Assembly (NCBI GenBank): GCA_964473015.1
Contig: CAYYMS010000002.1
Coordinates: forward strand, 154,550 to 218,549
Source: an uncultured Anaeroplasmataceae bacterium
GTDB lineage: Bacteria > Bacillota_I > Bacilli_A > Acholeplasmatales > Anaeroplasmataceae
Reading direction: 5' to 3'
Length of the DNA stretch: 64,000 nt
The translations under genes were made by a program, and so were the position numbers. Positions within the stretch are counted from its first letter, which is position 1, and the number at the start of each line of letters is the position of its first letter. Below the pieces are notes generated by a model that saw only the letters and a list, made by a program, of their open reading frames with translations, was not told where the DNA came from and did no database searches. Of the stretch, positions 20,216 through 30,402 are shown piece by piece.

Positions 20216-21829
20216 ATGAAGAAAATAGATGTTATCGTTAAGGATAGAAACACTTTAATATTAGAAAGTGATGCGTTAAAAGGAGATTATATAGATTTAA
20301 CTCGTTTAAGCAATGTAGATTTTTCTATGATAGAATCTTTAATTGAAAGCGGTAAAGATAGAATCTATGAATCTAAATTAAATGATTTAAAAAAGACATT
20401 TTTATTAGAAAGTGAAAATAAAAACTTACAACTAAAAAAAGAATTGGAAAATAAAATTGTAGAATTAAACAATACCATATTGGAACTTACGAAAGAAAAA
20501 GAAAATTCATTAAAAGTAAAAGAATTAGAACTTAATAACATTCATCAAAAAGAGATTAATGATTTAAATTATCAATTGGAAACTTTAAAAAGAGAGCAAG
20601 AAAGTATTCTTAATTCTAAGATTTCAGATATGAAAGAAAATTATAATAAAACGATAAGTGATTTGAATTATGAAATTCAAAATTTGAAAAAAGAGAATTT
20701 GGATGCTCTTAAAGTAAAAGAATTAGAACTTAATAGCATTCATCAAAAAGAAATCAATGATTTAACTCATCAGCTAAATGTTTTAAAGGCCCAACATGAG
20801 GATATGGTTCTATTAAAGCTTGCTGGAGTGAAAGAAGAATATACAGAAAAGATAAATAACTTAACTATTTCTAAAGAAAAAGAGATATCTGATTTATCAA
20901 TGAAGTTAGAAAAATTAAAAGCAGAATATGCGATTGCTGAAGAAAAGAAAGCTGGAGAATTTAACAAGGTTATAAATGATTTAAAAATTAAATATCAAAA
21001 TGAGATAAATGAAAAGGAAAATACAATACATTCTTTACAACGTCAAAAAGCCTCTTTAAATGTAAAACAAACTGGAGAGGATTTGGAAAGCTGGTGTAAT
21101 AATGAGATGATTTCTTATATGCAAAATGGACTTTTTAATTGTACATGGAGCAAGGATAATCTTGTTGTTAAAGAAGATGGAGAAGTAAAGGGTAGCAAAG
21201 CAGATTATATCTTTAAGATATATGCAGACTCCTCTCATAAGGAAGAGGAGTTACTTGCAGGTGTTTGCTTAGATATGAAGGATGAAAACCCAGATTCTAT
21301 AAATAAAAAGAAAAATGCCGATTACTACAAAGATTTAGATAAGAACCGAAATAAAAAGAATTGCAAATATGCCGTTTTAGTTTCGAATTTAGAATTAGAT
21401 AAGCCGAATGATTTGCCTATATATAAGGTTTTAGAGTACAAGGATATGTATGTTGTTCGACCAGCCTATATGATTACGCTATTAAATCTTTTAGCCTCTT
21501 TATCCAAACGCTTTGCCGATTTAATACTGGCCGATAGCAATGAGAAATTAGAGTTAAAGAATTCGAGAGAATTAATGGAAGAATTTGATGATCTTAAAAA
21601 AACATATTTAGATAAGCCTTTAGAAAAATTAGGAAAAGATATTGAGAGTATTAAGAATAGTAATGATAGTATCTTGAAGGCATCTAGAAAAATAGATGAA
21701 TTATGTGATTCTATAACTAGAAGTTATGTAGGACAAATTAAGGATAAATTAGAAAAATTTGAAATAAAGTTAAGTCGTGAATATAAAAAATATGTAAAAA
21801 AAGAAGAAAAAATAGTTGTTAGTGATTAA
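20216..21829 (+). CDS. DUF2130-like coiled-coil protein
   Basis: Long coiled coil followed by KQTGEDLESWC, KADYIF, MKDE and YAVLVSNLE, which resemble DUF2130 proteins. Confidence 0.7.
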   Translation: MKKIDVIVKDRNTLILESDALKGDYIDLTRLSNVDFSMIESLIESGKDRIYESKLNDLKKTFLLESENKNLQLKKELENKIVELNNTILELTKEKENSLKVKELELNNIHQKEINDLNYQLETLKREQESILNSKISDMKENYNKTISDLNYEIQNLKKENLDALKVKELELNSIHQKEINDLTHQLNVLKAQHEDMVLLKLAGVKEEYTEKINNLTISKEKEISDLSMKLEKLKAEYAIAEEKKAGEFNKVINDLKIKYQNEINEKENTIHSLQRQKASLNVKQTGEDLESWCNNEMISYMQNGLFNCTWSKDNLVVKEDGEVKGSKADYIFKIYADSSHKEEELLAGVCLDMKDENPDSINKKKNADYYKDLDKNRNKKNCKYAVLVSNLELDKPNDLPIYKVLEYKDMYVVRPAYMITLLNLLASLSKRFADLILADSNEKLELKNSRELMEEFDDLKKTYLDKPLEKLGKDIESIKNSNDSILKASRKIDELCDSITRSYVGQIKDKLEKFEIKLSREYKKYVKKEEKIVVSD

Positions 21830-21913
21830 TAAATTAAAGAAAAAAAGATAGAATATAAAAGTTCTATCTTTTTTCCTTGTGTTTGAAAGTTTTATAGAGT
21901 ATAATAAATTTGT

Positions 21914-21998
21914 CATATTAAGGGGAGGCGTAAAGCCTGAGAGGATAAGGATCTACCCTTGACCTGATCTAGGTAATGCTAGCGTAGGGAATAATGTG
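21914..21998 (+). ncRNA. TPP riboswitch aptamer
   Basis: Elements GGGG...CTGAGA...ACCCTT-GACCTGATCTAGGTAATGCTAGCGTAGGGAA. Downstream terminator ATGTCC-TAGC-GGACAT-T-run (22046-22066) precedes thiT. Confidence 0.92.
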
Positions 21999-22087
21999 AG
22001 AAGTAGTTTTTTGGATTTATACTTCATCTATATTCTTTTTTAAGCATGTCCTAGCGGACATTTTTTATTTTTAAAAAGGAGAAAGAC

Positions 22088-22774
22088 ATGAAAACAAAAA
22101 AATTTTCAACGAGAGTCCTTGCTGAAATCGCTATTTTTGCAGCTTTAGCTTTTGCTCTTGACGCACTTCAAGGAGGTATCTGGAAAGGCGTATTTTTAAG
22201 TGGTGGATCAATTGGATTTGCCATGGTACCAGTATTTTTAATTTCTTATCGTAGAGGATTAATTCCTGGTATTTTATGTGGTTTTATTTTAAGTATTGTT
22301 CAAATGCTTGGAGGGGTATATTCCATCAATGCTTCAAGCTTCGAAAATCAATTTTTACAGGTTATGGGACCATTTTTACAAATAATGCTTGATTATGTTT
22401 TGGCATATACAGTAGTAGGCTTTGCAGGTGCTTTTGCCAAAGTATACAGCAAAGGTAAATCTAATTATCAAAAAATAACTTGTATCATTTTAGGTTGTTT
22501 GGTTGGAGGGTTATTAAAATATGCCTGCCATGTAATAGCTGGTGGTGTATTTTGGCTAAATCAAGGTTCAACCTTCTGGAATGTATCCGATACAGGATGG
22601 GGATATTCCTTCTTATATAATGGTGCTTATTGTATACCTAATATTATGATTTGTACAGCCGTTATGATTATACTTGCAAAAGTATATCCACAATTAGTAA
22701 ATCCAAATGAAGTTGTAATGGAAAAGGAGGAAATTATAAATGAAGAATTTAAAGAAGAATCTAGTCAAGAATAG
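22088..22774 (+). CDS. thiT: ECF transporter S component for thiamine
   Basis: Motifs LAEIAIF.ALA..LD, GGSIG, DYVLAY and YSFLYNG; lies under a TPP riboswitch. Confidence 0.88.
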   Translation: MKTKKFSTRVLAEIAIFAALAFALDALQGGIWKGVFLSGGSIGFAMVPVFLISYRRGLIPGILCGFILSIVQMLGGVYSINASSFENQFLQVMGPFLQIMLDYVLAYTVVGFAGAFAKVYSKGKSNYQKITCIILGCLVGGLLKYACHVIAGGVFWLNQGSTFWNVSDTGWGYSFLYNGAYCIPNIMICTAVMIILAKVYPQLVNPNEVVMEKEEIINEEFKEESSQE

Positions 22775-23183
22775 TGAACTTATTAAAAGATGCTTCATTA
22801 TCGCTCTTGCGACTGCTCTTGCAATTATTTCTCTTATTGGATTCTTTCTAAGTTATCAAAAGTATAATGATGGATATGGAACAGATATTTCCTTTGATAT
22901 GGATGCTATAGTATTATTTATTTGTTCTTTGGCGATTTTGATTTATGGAGTTTATTCAGTATATGCTTTAAAAAAAGATAAATCTTTAAAGACCGCTTAT
23001 TATGCTTCCTTTGGTACAGTTTCTGTATTAATTGCCTTTTATCCATTAGGTATGTTCTTTAAGGCTTTAGCAAAAGGGAAAAAATTTGAGGATTATCAGG
23101 ATTATTTGTATATTGGAATTATAGGTATTCTTATGATTTTCTATCTTATTTTTAGTTACATTTCTGATAACAAAAAGAATTAA
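22740..23183 (+). CDS. Hypothetical membrane protein with four predicted TM helices
   Basis: AAGGAGG RBS inside the thiT 3' end; four hydrophobic stretches; followed by a terminator. Confidence 0.65.
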   Translation: MKNLKKNLVKNSELIKRCFIIALATALAIISLIGFFLSYQKYNDGYGTDISFDMDAIVLFICSLAILIYGVYSVYALKKDKSLKTAYYASFGTVSVLIAFYPLGMFFKALAKGKKFEDYQDYLYIGIIGILMIFYLIFSYISDNKKN

Positions 23184-23367
23184 TTTAAAATTAAATAATA
23201 TGAAAGAAGGCCAAACAAGGCCTTTTTATTTCTAATAATATGAAAGAAAATCATAATAGTCTAAAATTCTTTAAAATAATATTATAAAAATTTGGAAAAT
23301 TATTTTTATAATTTTTTTAAAATGGTATAATAGAAATATAAAGTTTTACATAAGTGAGGGTTACCTT

Positions 23368-24276
23368 ATGAAAAAAATTGATGTGCATACCCATTTAATA
23401 GGAAATATATGTGGAATTGGTTCTAAAGGAGAACTAAGACCTTTAGGCAAGGGAAAAGCCCAATATGCAAATGGTGATATTATACAGCTCATTCCTGAGA
23501 AATATGGAGATAAAGAGTTAACCCCAGAAACTCTTTTATCGGTACTTAAGGAACATGACGTAGAATATACGATTTGTCTACAAGGAAATTATGCTGGTTT
23601 TCAAAATTTATATACCTATGAGGCAATGAAAAACTACCCAAATAAGATATATGCAGCAGCAACTTTTGATCCTTTTTCCTATAATAAAAAAGCGATAATT
23701 GAGCATTTATTTGATGAGCTCAAAATAAAAATAATAAAGATGGAAGTATCAAATGGTTCTGGTCTTATGGCAAATCATGAAACGGTTGATTTAAATGGTT
23801 CTATAATGCACGAGGTTTACCAAATGGCGGATAAAAGGAATTTGATATTTTTTATTGATATTGGAAGACCAGGAAATAATTGCTATCAGATAGATGCATT
23901 ATGTGAGGTGGTAAAAAAGTATTCATCTATGACATTTATCATTTGTCATTTAACCGCACCTCAGCATAACCAAATGAATATTTTAGAAGAAAATATGAAA
24001 AAATTGAATTTTAAAAATGTTTATTTTGACATTGCATCTTTACCAAATAACACAAAGCAAGCATATCCCTTTATTGAGGCACAAGAATATATACGTAAGG
24101 CTATAGATATCGTAGGAGAGGATTCTATTTTATGGGGAAGTGACTTCCCTGCAGCAATGAATTATTGTAGTTATGAGGAGAGTTATCGATACATTGAAGA
24201 AAGTCTTTTATTTAGTGAGGAAGAAAAAAGAAAAATTTTATATGAAAATGCGAAAAGGATTTTTTCAAAAATATGA
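23368..24276 (+). CDS. Amidohydrolase-2 family protein
   Basis: Motifs IDVHTH, IICHL, YFDIASL and LWGSDFP. Confidence 0.85.
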   Translation: MKKIDVHTHLIGNICGIGSKGELRPLGKGKAQYANGDIIQLIPEKYGDKELTPETLLSVLKEHDVEYTICLQGNYAGFQNLYTYEAMKNYPNKIYAAATFDPFSYNKKAIIEHLFDELKIKIIKMEVSNGSGLMANHETVDLNGSIMHEVYQMADKRNLIFFIDIGRPGNNCYQIDALCEVVKKYSSMTFIICHLTAPQHNQMNILEENMKKLNFKNVYFDIASLPNNTKQAYPFIEAQEYIRKAIDIVGEDSILWGSDFPAAMNYCSYEESYRYIEESLLFSEEEKRKILYENAKRIFSKI

Positions 24277-25370
24277 AAGGATTATATATACACATTCCTT
24301 TTTGTAAATCAATATGTAGCTATTGTGATTTTCCAAAACAAATAGCCAAAAAAGAAGAACAACATAAGTATATTACTTATTTGATAAAAGAAATCGATTC
24401 TTATAAAAAGGATCTTACCGATGTGGACACCATATACATAGGTGGAGGCACTCCGAATCTATTAGACCTATCCCTTTTTAAAAAATTATTACTGCATATC
24501 GAACCATATTTAAATCAATCCATAGAGACCACGATAGAATTAAATCCCGAGCTAATTACAGAAGATTTTGTTAAACTCTTAAAAGAATTTCATATTAAAA
24601 GAGTTAGCCTAGGTGTCCAAACGATTGATCCATCTTCCCTTTTTCTTTTACGCAGATGTCATAAAAAAGAAGAAGTAAAAGAAAGTATAGTTCTGTTAAA
24701 GAAATATGGAATAGAGAATATAAATGTGGATTTAATTTTTGGAATACCAAATACTTCATTAAAACAGATAAAAGAAGATTTAGATTTTATTACTTCCCTA
24801 CCAATTACCCATATATCCTACTATAGTCTTATATTAGAGGATAAAACTATTTTAAAATCTTTAATTCAAAAAAAAGAAGTAAAAGAATTAGAGGATGATA
24901 CAATTGCGGATATGTATGAATGGATTTGTGGAAAATTAGAAGAATTAGGCTATGAGCATTATGAAATATCTAATTTTGCTAAAAAGGGATATGAATCAAA
25001 ACATAACTTACTTTATTGGAATTGTGAAGAATATATTGGCGTTGGCGCTGGTGCATGTGGATATTTACATCATAAAAGATATCAAAATCATAGAATTTTG
25101 CATAAGTATTACGATCATCCAATTGAAAATATTGAGAATATTGACGTTTATGAAGAAAAAAAAGAATTTTTTTTACTGGGATTTCGATTAATAAAGGGTG
25201 TAAATTTAAAGGATTATGTTAAAAAGTTTTCCTCAGATCCTTTTAAGGATTTTAATCTTAAAAAATTGATTTCACAAAATTTGATTGAAATTAAAGAGGA
25301 TTATGCTTTTATAACAAAAAATAAATTATTTGTCGCAAATTTAGTTTTTGAAGAATTTGTAGGTGATTAG
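24273..25370 (+). CDS. hemW: Radical SAM heme chaperone HemW (HemN-like)
   Basis: Motifs LYIHIPFC..IC.YCDF, YIGGGTP, YEISNFA and HNLLYW. Confidence 0.9.
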   Translation: MKGLYIHIPFCKSICSYCDFPKQIAKKEEQHKYITYLIKEIDSYKKDLTDVDTIYIGGGTPNLLDLSLFKKLLLHIEPYLNQSIETTIELNPELITEDFVKLLKEFHIKRVSLGVQTIDPSSLFLLRRCHKKEEVKESIVLLKKYGIENINVDLIFGIPNTSLKQIKEDLDFITSLPITHISYYSLILEDKTILKSLIQKKEVKELEDDTIADMYEWICGKLEELGYEHYEISNFAKKGYESKHNLLYWNCEEYIGVGAGACGYLHHKRYQNHRILHKYYDHPIENIENIDVYEEKKEFFLLGFRLIKGVNLKDYVKKFSSDPFKDFNLKKLISQNLIEIKEDYAFITKNKLFVANLVFEEFVGD

Positions 25371-26303
25371 ATGAAGAAAAAAGAAGAGAAAGAAATTATA
25401 TTTTATGAGATTTCTGATTTTAAATACTATTTACAAACCGATAAAAGGGCATCGAAAAATACGATTAATGCTTATTTAAGTGATTTAGAACTTTATGCTG
25501 AATTCTTAAAAAAGTATCAGGGAGTATCAGATGTTACAGAAATAGATAGAGAACATATACAAAAATATATTTTATCTCTTAAAAGAAAAGAGCTATCTAA
25601 GCAATCAATCGCAAGAAAAATTATAGCTATCAAAGAATTTCATAAATTCTTATTTACCGAAAATATTATGAGAGAAAATCCAGCGCATCTTATTGATACG
25701 CCTAAAGCAGATAAAGCATTACCTGTCGTATTAACCAAAGAAGAAATTGATAAGATGCTTTCGTCTATACCATTAGATAAGCCCATAGACATTCGAAATC
25801 GAGCAATGATGGAAACCTTATATGCTTCTGGTCTTCGTATTTCAGAATTGCTAGAGCTTCGCCTTTCAAATCTACATTTAAGAGAAAAATACATGATTGT
25901 TATTGGTAAGGGGAATAAAGAACGTATGGTTCCTTTAGGAGAGATGGCAGTTATATATTTAAGAAAATATATAGAATCAGCTAGAACAAGTCTTACGAAA
26001 GGAAATACGGATTTATTATTCTTTAATTATAAGGGCGATAAAATGTCTAGACAAGGATTTTATAAGTATATCGTTACCCTTGCAAAAGATTGTGGAATTA
26101 AAAAGGAAATATCTCCTCATACGATTCGACATAGCTTTGCAACCCACCTTTTAGAAGGTGGTGTAGACTTAAGAATTGTACAAGAACTTTTAGGGCATGA
26201 AGATATTTCTACAACACAAATTTATACGCATATTGATAAGTCAAAATTAAAAAATATGTATGATCAAACCCATCCCCTAGCAAAAAGAAAGGAAGAAGAA
26301 TAA
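25371..26303 (+). CDS. xerD: Site-specific tyrosine recombinase XerD (RipX-like)
   Basis: Motifs [32 protein letters not shown] and LLGH..ISTTQIY; adjacent to deoB like Bacillus ripX-drm. Confidence 0.9.
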   Translation: MKKKEEKEIIFYEISDFKYYLQTDKRASKNTINAYLSDLELYAEFLKKYQGVSDVTEIDREHIQKYILSLKRKELSKQSIARKIIAIKEFHKFLFTENIMRENPAHLIDTPKADKALPVVLTKEEIDKMLSSIPLDKPIDIRNRAMMETLYASGLRISELLELRLSNLHLREKYMIVIGKGNKERMVPLGEMAVIYLRKYIESARTSLTKGNTDLLFFNYKGDKMSRQGFYKYIVTLAKDCGIKKEISPHTIRHSFATHLLEGGVDLRIVQELLGHEDISTTQIYTHIDKSKLKNMYDQTHPLAKRKEEE

Positions 26304-27475
26304 TGTTTAAAAGAATTTTTTGTATTGTAATCGATTCGGTAGGCTGTGGTACTGCCCCTCTTAGTTATGAATATAAAGATGATGGCGCAAACACAATTGC
26401 TCATATTGCAGAATATGGTAATGGTATATCCTTACCAACAATGGAAGAATTGGGATATGGAAATCTTACCGATATAAAGGGTGTAAAAAAAGAAAATAAA
26501 AAAGGCTATTACGGAAAGATGGATGAGCTTTCAAAAGGAAAAGATACCATGACAGGTCATTGGGAAATTATGGGAATAGAAACCACTACGCCTTTTAAAA
26601 CCTTTACAGACTATGGATTTCCTAAAGAGTTAATCCAGGAACTTGAAGAGAAAACAGGTCATCCTATTATAGGAAATTATGCAGCATCTGGAACAGAAAT
26701 ATTAAAGGAGCTAGGAGAAGAGCATATAAAGACGGGTGCTATGATAGTTTATACCTCAGCCGATAGTGTTTTGCAAATTGCTGCACACGAAGAATATTTT
26801 GGTTTAGATGAGCTTTATCGCTGCTGTAAAATTGCAAGAGAGATTTGCATGAAAGAAGAATATAAAGTAGGAAGAATTATCGCAAGGCCATTTATTGGGG
26901 AAACAAAGGACACATTCAAACGTACGACAAATCGTCATGATTATGCTTTATCTCCAAGTGGAGTTACCGTTTTAGATCATTTAAAAGAAAATGGATATGA
27001 TGTAATATCTATCGGTAAAATAAATGATATCTTTAATACCTGTGGAATTACAAAAGCCTATAAAACCACTTCGAATCATCATGGAATGGAACTTGCAATC
27101 GATTTGGCCAATCAGGACTTTTCTGGTCTATGCTTTTCTAATTTAGTAGATTTCGATGCTTTGTATGGTCATAGAAGAGATGCAATTGGCTATAAGAAGG
27201 CTTTAGAGGAATTTGATAAGGATTTATCCATCCTTATAGAAAATCTTAAGGAAGACGATTTATTAATTGTTACGGCCGATCATGGAAACGATCCTACCTG
27301 GACTGGAACGGATCATACAAGAGAATATGTTCCATTATTAGTTTATTCTAAAAAAATTGGTAAAGGAAATCTAAATACAAGAAAAAGCTTTGCAGATATA
27401 GGTGCTACAATTGCTACTAACTTCAATGTAAAACTTCCAGATATTGGAACCTCTTTTCTGAAGGAGTTAAACTAA
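26303..27475 (+). CDS. deoB: Phosphopentomutase
   Basis: Motifs [44 protein letters not shown] and TDHTRE. Confidence 0.95.
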   Translation: MFKRIFCIVIDSVGCGTAPLSYEYKDDGANTIAHIAEYGNGISLPTMEELGYGNLTDIKGVKKENKKGYYGKMDELSKGKDTMTGHWEIMGIETTTPFKTFTDYGFPKELIQELEEKTGHPIIGNYAASGTEILKELGEEHIKTGAMIVYTSADSVLQIAAHEEYFGLDELYRCCKIAREICMKEEYKVGRIIARPFIGETKDTFKRTTNRHDYALSPSGVTVLDHLKENGYDVISIGKINDIFNTCGITKAYKTTSNHHGMELAIDLANQDFSGLCFSNLVDFDALYGHRRDAIGYKKALEEFDKDLSILIENLKEDDLLIVTADHGNDPTWTGTDHTREYVPLLVYSKKIGKGNLNTRKSFADIGATIATNFNVKLPDIGTSFLKELN

Positions 27476-28647
27476 TGGAAAATTTTATATATAATAATCC
27501 AACAAGAGTTTATTTTGGAAAGGGACAAGAAGAGCATCTAGGAGAAATTTTAAAATCCTATGCGGTTAAAACTATTTTATTACATTATGGTAAAGGTTCT
27601 ATAAAAAAATCTGGACTATATGATAAAATTATAAGTCAATTAAAGGCCTCTAAAATCGATTTTATTGAATTAGGAGGAGTAGAACCTAATCCAAAATTAA
27701 GTCTTGTTTTAGAAGGCATAGAAATATGTAAAAAAAGCCCTATCGATTTAATACTTGCAGTTGGTGGAGGATCAGTCATAGACTCTGCAAAAAGTATTGC
27801 AGTTGGTGCTAAAGTTGATTTTAACCCTTGGCTCTTTAATTTAAAAGAAAAAGAACCAAAGGATCATATTCCCGTAGGTGTGGTTTTAACGATTGCTGCT
27901 GCAGGAAGTGATATGTCTAACTCTTGTGTGATCACAAATGATATAACCTTGGAAAAAAGAGGATTCACAAGCGAAGAAAATCGCCCCCTTTTTTCTATAT
28001 TAAATCCTGAACTTACCTATACCGTTAGTCCTTATCAAACGGCTTGTGGTATCGTAGATATTTTAATGCACACCTTAGAACGATATTTTTCTATAGGCGA
28101 AGAAACACCTATAACAGATAATTTAGCTTTAGGATTATTATCTGCAGTAATTCAAGCAGGAAAAATCATCATAAAAGATCCGAATAACTACAATGCAAGG
28201 GCAACACTTTTATGGGCAAATAGTTTATCCCATAATGGCCTAACTGGTTATGGTAGAAACTTTATAATGTCAGTGCATCAATTAGAACATGAAGTTAGCG
28301 GTATGTTCGATTATATAGCTCATGGAGCTGGACTGGCCGTTTTATGGCCAGCATGGGCAAAATTATCATATTTGAGCTCTATACCACGTTTTAAAAGATT
28401 CGCTTATGAAGTAATGGACGTAGAAAATTCAGGAGATGAAGAACAAGATATTTTAAAGGCCATTAATGACCTACAAACCTTCTTCATTGATCTTGGAATG
28501 CCAAAGTCATTAAGTGAATTAAACGTACCAGAAACGGCGTTAAAAGACCTAGCATATAATGCAATGTTCAAAGGGAAAAGAACATTAAAAGATATCATAG
28601 AAGTCAATTATGATATGGCATTAAAAATACTAAATCTTGCTTACTAA
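27475..28647 (+). CDS. Iron-containing alcohol dehydrogenase (butanol dehydrogenase-like)
   Basis: Motifs NPTRVYFGKG, GVEPNP, VGGGSVID, H.LE.Y, HQLEH and HGAGLA. Confidence 0.88.
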   Translation: MENFIYNNPTRVYFGKGQEEHLGEILKSYAVKTILLHYGKGSIKKSGLYDKIISQLKASKIDFIELGGVEPNPKLSLVLEGIEICKKSPIDLILAVGGGSVIDSAKSIAVGAKVDFNPWLFNLKEKEPKDHIPVGVVLTIAAAGSDMSNSCVITNDITLEKRGFTSEENRPLFSILNPELTYTVSPYQTACGIVDILMHTLERYFSIGEETPITDNLALGLLSAVIQAGKIIIKDPNNYNARATLLWANSLSHNGLTGYGRNFIMSVHQLEHEVSGMFDYIAHGAGLAVLWPAWAKLSYLSSIPRFKRFAYEVMDVENSGDEEQDILKAINDLQTFFIDLGMPKSLSELNVPETALKDLAYNAMFKGKRTLKDIIEVNYDMALKILNLAY

Positions 28648-28660
28648 TCGTCTATATAAT

Positions 28661-28685
28661 AGGTGGTGAAAACCACCTTTTTTTT
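28661..28685 (+). terminator. Intrinsic terminator after the ADH gene
   Basis: AGGTGGT-GAAA-ACCACCT followed by a T-run. Confidence 0.75.
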
Positions 28686-28695
28686 CGTCAATAAA

Positions 28696-28969
28696 TTAGT
28701 TTTTAATACTAGATAAAACTATGTTTGTTATTTTAGTTTATGTTTTTCAATAATTCATTATAGAGTGAATAAAAACTTTTAGTTTCTGAAATATTTAAAG
28801 AATCGGATTCATAAATGAACTCTTTTTCCATAAAATAATAGCAATAAAAAATCAAAAAAGAAGTAGTTTATAATGAATAATTCTTTAAAAAAGAGTCTAA
28901 GAAAAGAAGTAACTTAAGGAAAAAGCATATATTAAAAAATTTCGAAAATAATCTAGTTTTTAATACTAG
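28696..28969. repeat. 17-bp quasi-palindrome (C/T)TAGTTTTTAATACTAG, two copies left of dif
   Basis: Copies at 28696-28712 and 28953-28969; further copies at 33396-33412 (variant) and 33509-33525. Confidence 0.7.
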
Positions 28970-29614
28970 AAAATAAAAATCTTTCTATAACGTCAATAAA
29001 ATAAAATGAACCGTTATTTAGTAATAAAAATTAGAAACATATTATAAAATTATATAAAGATCTTAGTCCATAATCAAACGGATTATTGAAAATAAATTTA
29101 AAAGCTAAATACAAGAGATAATCATCTATAGAATTAATATAAACTAAAGAAATTTTTTTGGCATTCATTTAGTTTTCAAAACTATATTAAGCGAGTTTTA
29201 AAAATATAATTAAACATATATAAATATAGAATAACTATTTTTTAAAATCTTATATTTATTGAAATTATTTTAAGAAAATAGTTGTAATTTGAAAGTTAAA
29301 TGTAAATATTTTATAAATTGAGCATTTCAGGCCATAAACTATATAAAATCTGTAAAAATGGACCTCAAATGGGCACATTGACTATATTTAATACGTAAGC
29401 AAAGCTAAATTAACCAATTCATCTATGACACGTTGATAATGATTCTGGATCGCGATGCTTCAAACAATTTTATTTTATATTAAAAATCAAAAAAATGAAC
29501 ATGTCCAAAATATCGACAAATCGATTTATGATTATCCTTAAAAAAAATTTGTCAAACGCTTAAATAAAAGGTTGAAAAAACATTGATTTCAAGCCATTTT
29601 TCAAGATAGAGGGA

Positions 29615-29642
29615 TATGTGTATAATTTTCGTTATACACATA
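29615..29642. repeat. Perfect 11-6-11 inverted repeat with dif-like geometry
   Basis: TATGTGTATAA-TTTTCG-TTATACACATA, 36 bp left of dif. Confidence 0.75.
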
Positions 29643-29678
29643 CATTAAATAAATCGCATAGTTAAGCCATTTTTAAAT

Positions 29679-29706
29679 GGTTTACATAATATATATTATG
29701 ATAACT
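29679..29706 (-). other. dif chromosome dimer resolution site
   Basis: Minus strand reads AGTTATCATAA-TATATA-TTATGTAAACC. Central hexamer and XerD arm match B. subtilis dif as recalled (ACTTCCTAGAA-TATATA-TTATGTAAACT). Lies at the gene-orientation switch near xerD and parEC. Confidence 0.85.
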
Positions 29707-30402
29707 TATTAAGATATCCAAAAACATAAAATATCCCATTTGAAAATAACTAGAAGAGGTGTTTGACTACGTTTATTTACATAAAAACTGAAACTTCTAC
29801 TTCTTAAACACGTTCAAATGAATATATTTGAGCATGTTTAGGTTTTTGACCTTTTTTGACATATCAATCGATTTATTGTTTTTCGGGTATTCCACCATCT
29901 CATCGCCTATTTTCACTCAAATTCTGAAACAACTGCGTTTTAAGGATATATTTAAAATATCCAAATAATATCTAAAATTCCCTCGCTTCTTCTCTACTTC
30001 TTCTCTGTTTTTGGATATATACACCTGAATATGCCCTAAAATTGGGCCTATTTTCCCCCTTGCTTCTTCTATTTATTTTTAAGGGAAAAGCCCTTATTTT
30101 CTCATATTTTAAGAAAATTAGCTTATTTAGAAGGTTTTTTATGCTTATTTCTATTTACATTTAAATTTTATTCTTTATTTGTACACTATTTATGTCTATT
30201 TTAAAAATAAATGAAATATGTTATTTGTCTATTTTAATGTTGAAAAATGTTAATATAGTCTTCTCATTTTTATGCTTATTCTTTATCATTTTATTTGATT
30301 CTTTTAATTTTCATTTATTAAAAACAATTTTTTTTATTTCAATTATAAAATTATTCTAACAAAAAAAAGAGACATTATTTATGTCTATAAAAAAAGAGGG
30401 AG

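Larger units (their letters stand above)
28690..30400. other. Replication terminus region (AT-rich, ORF-free, between convergent gene blocks)
   Basis: Gene orientation switches from + to -. The + strand changes from A/G-rich to T/C-rich around 29.7 kb. Contains dif. Confidence 0.8.

Noticed and set aside
28690-30400. AT-rich gap interpreted as oriC because of two TTATNCACA-type boxes
   Set aside because: Genes converge on the region rather than diverge, there is no dnaA/dnaN, and a dif site is present.
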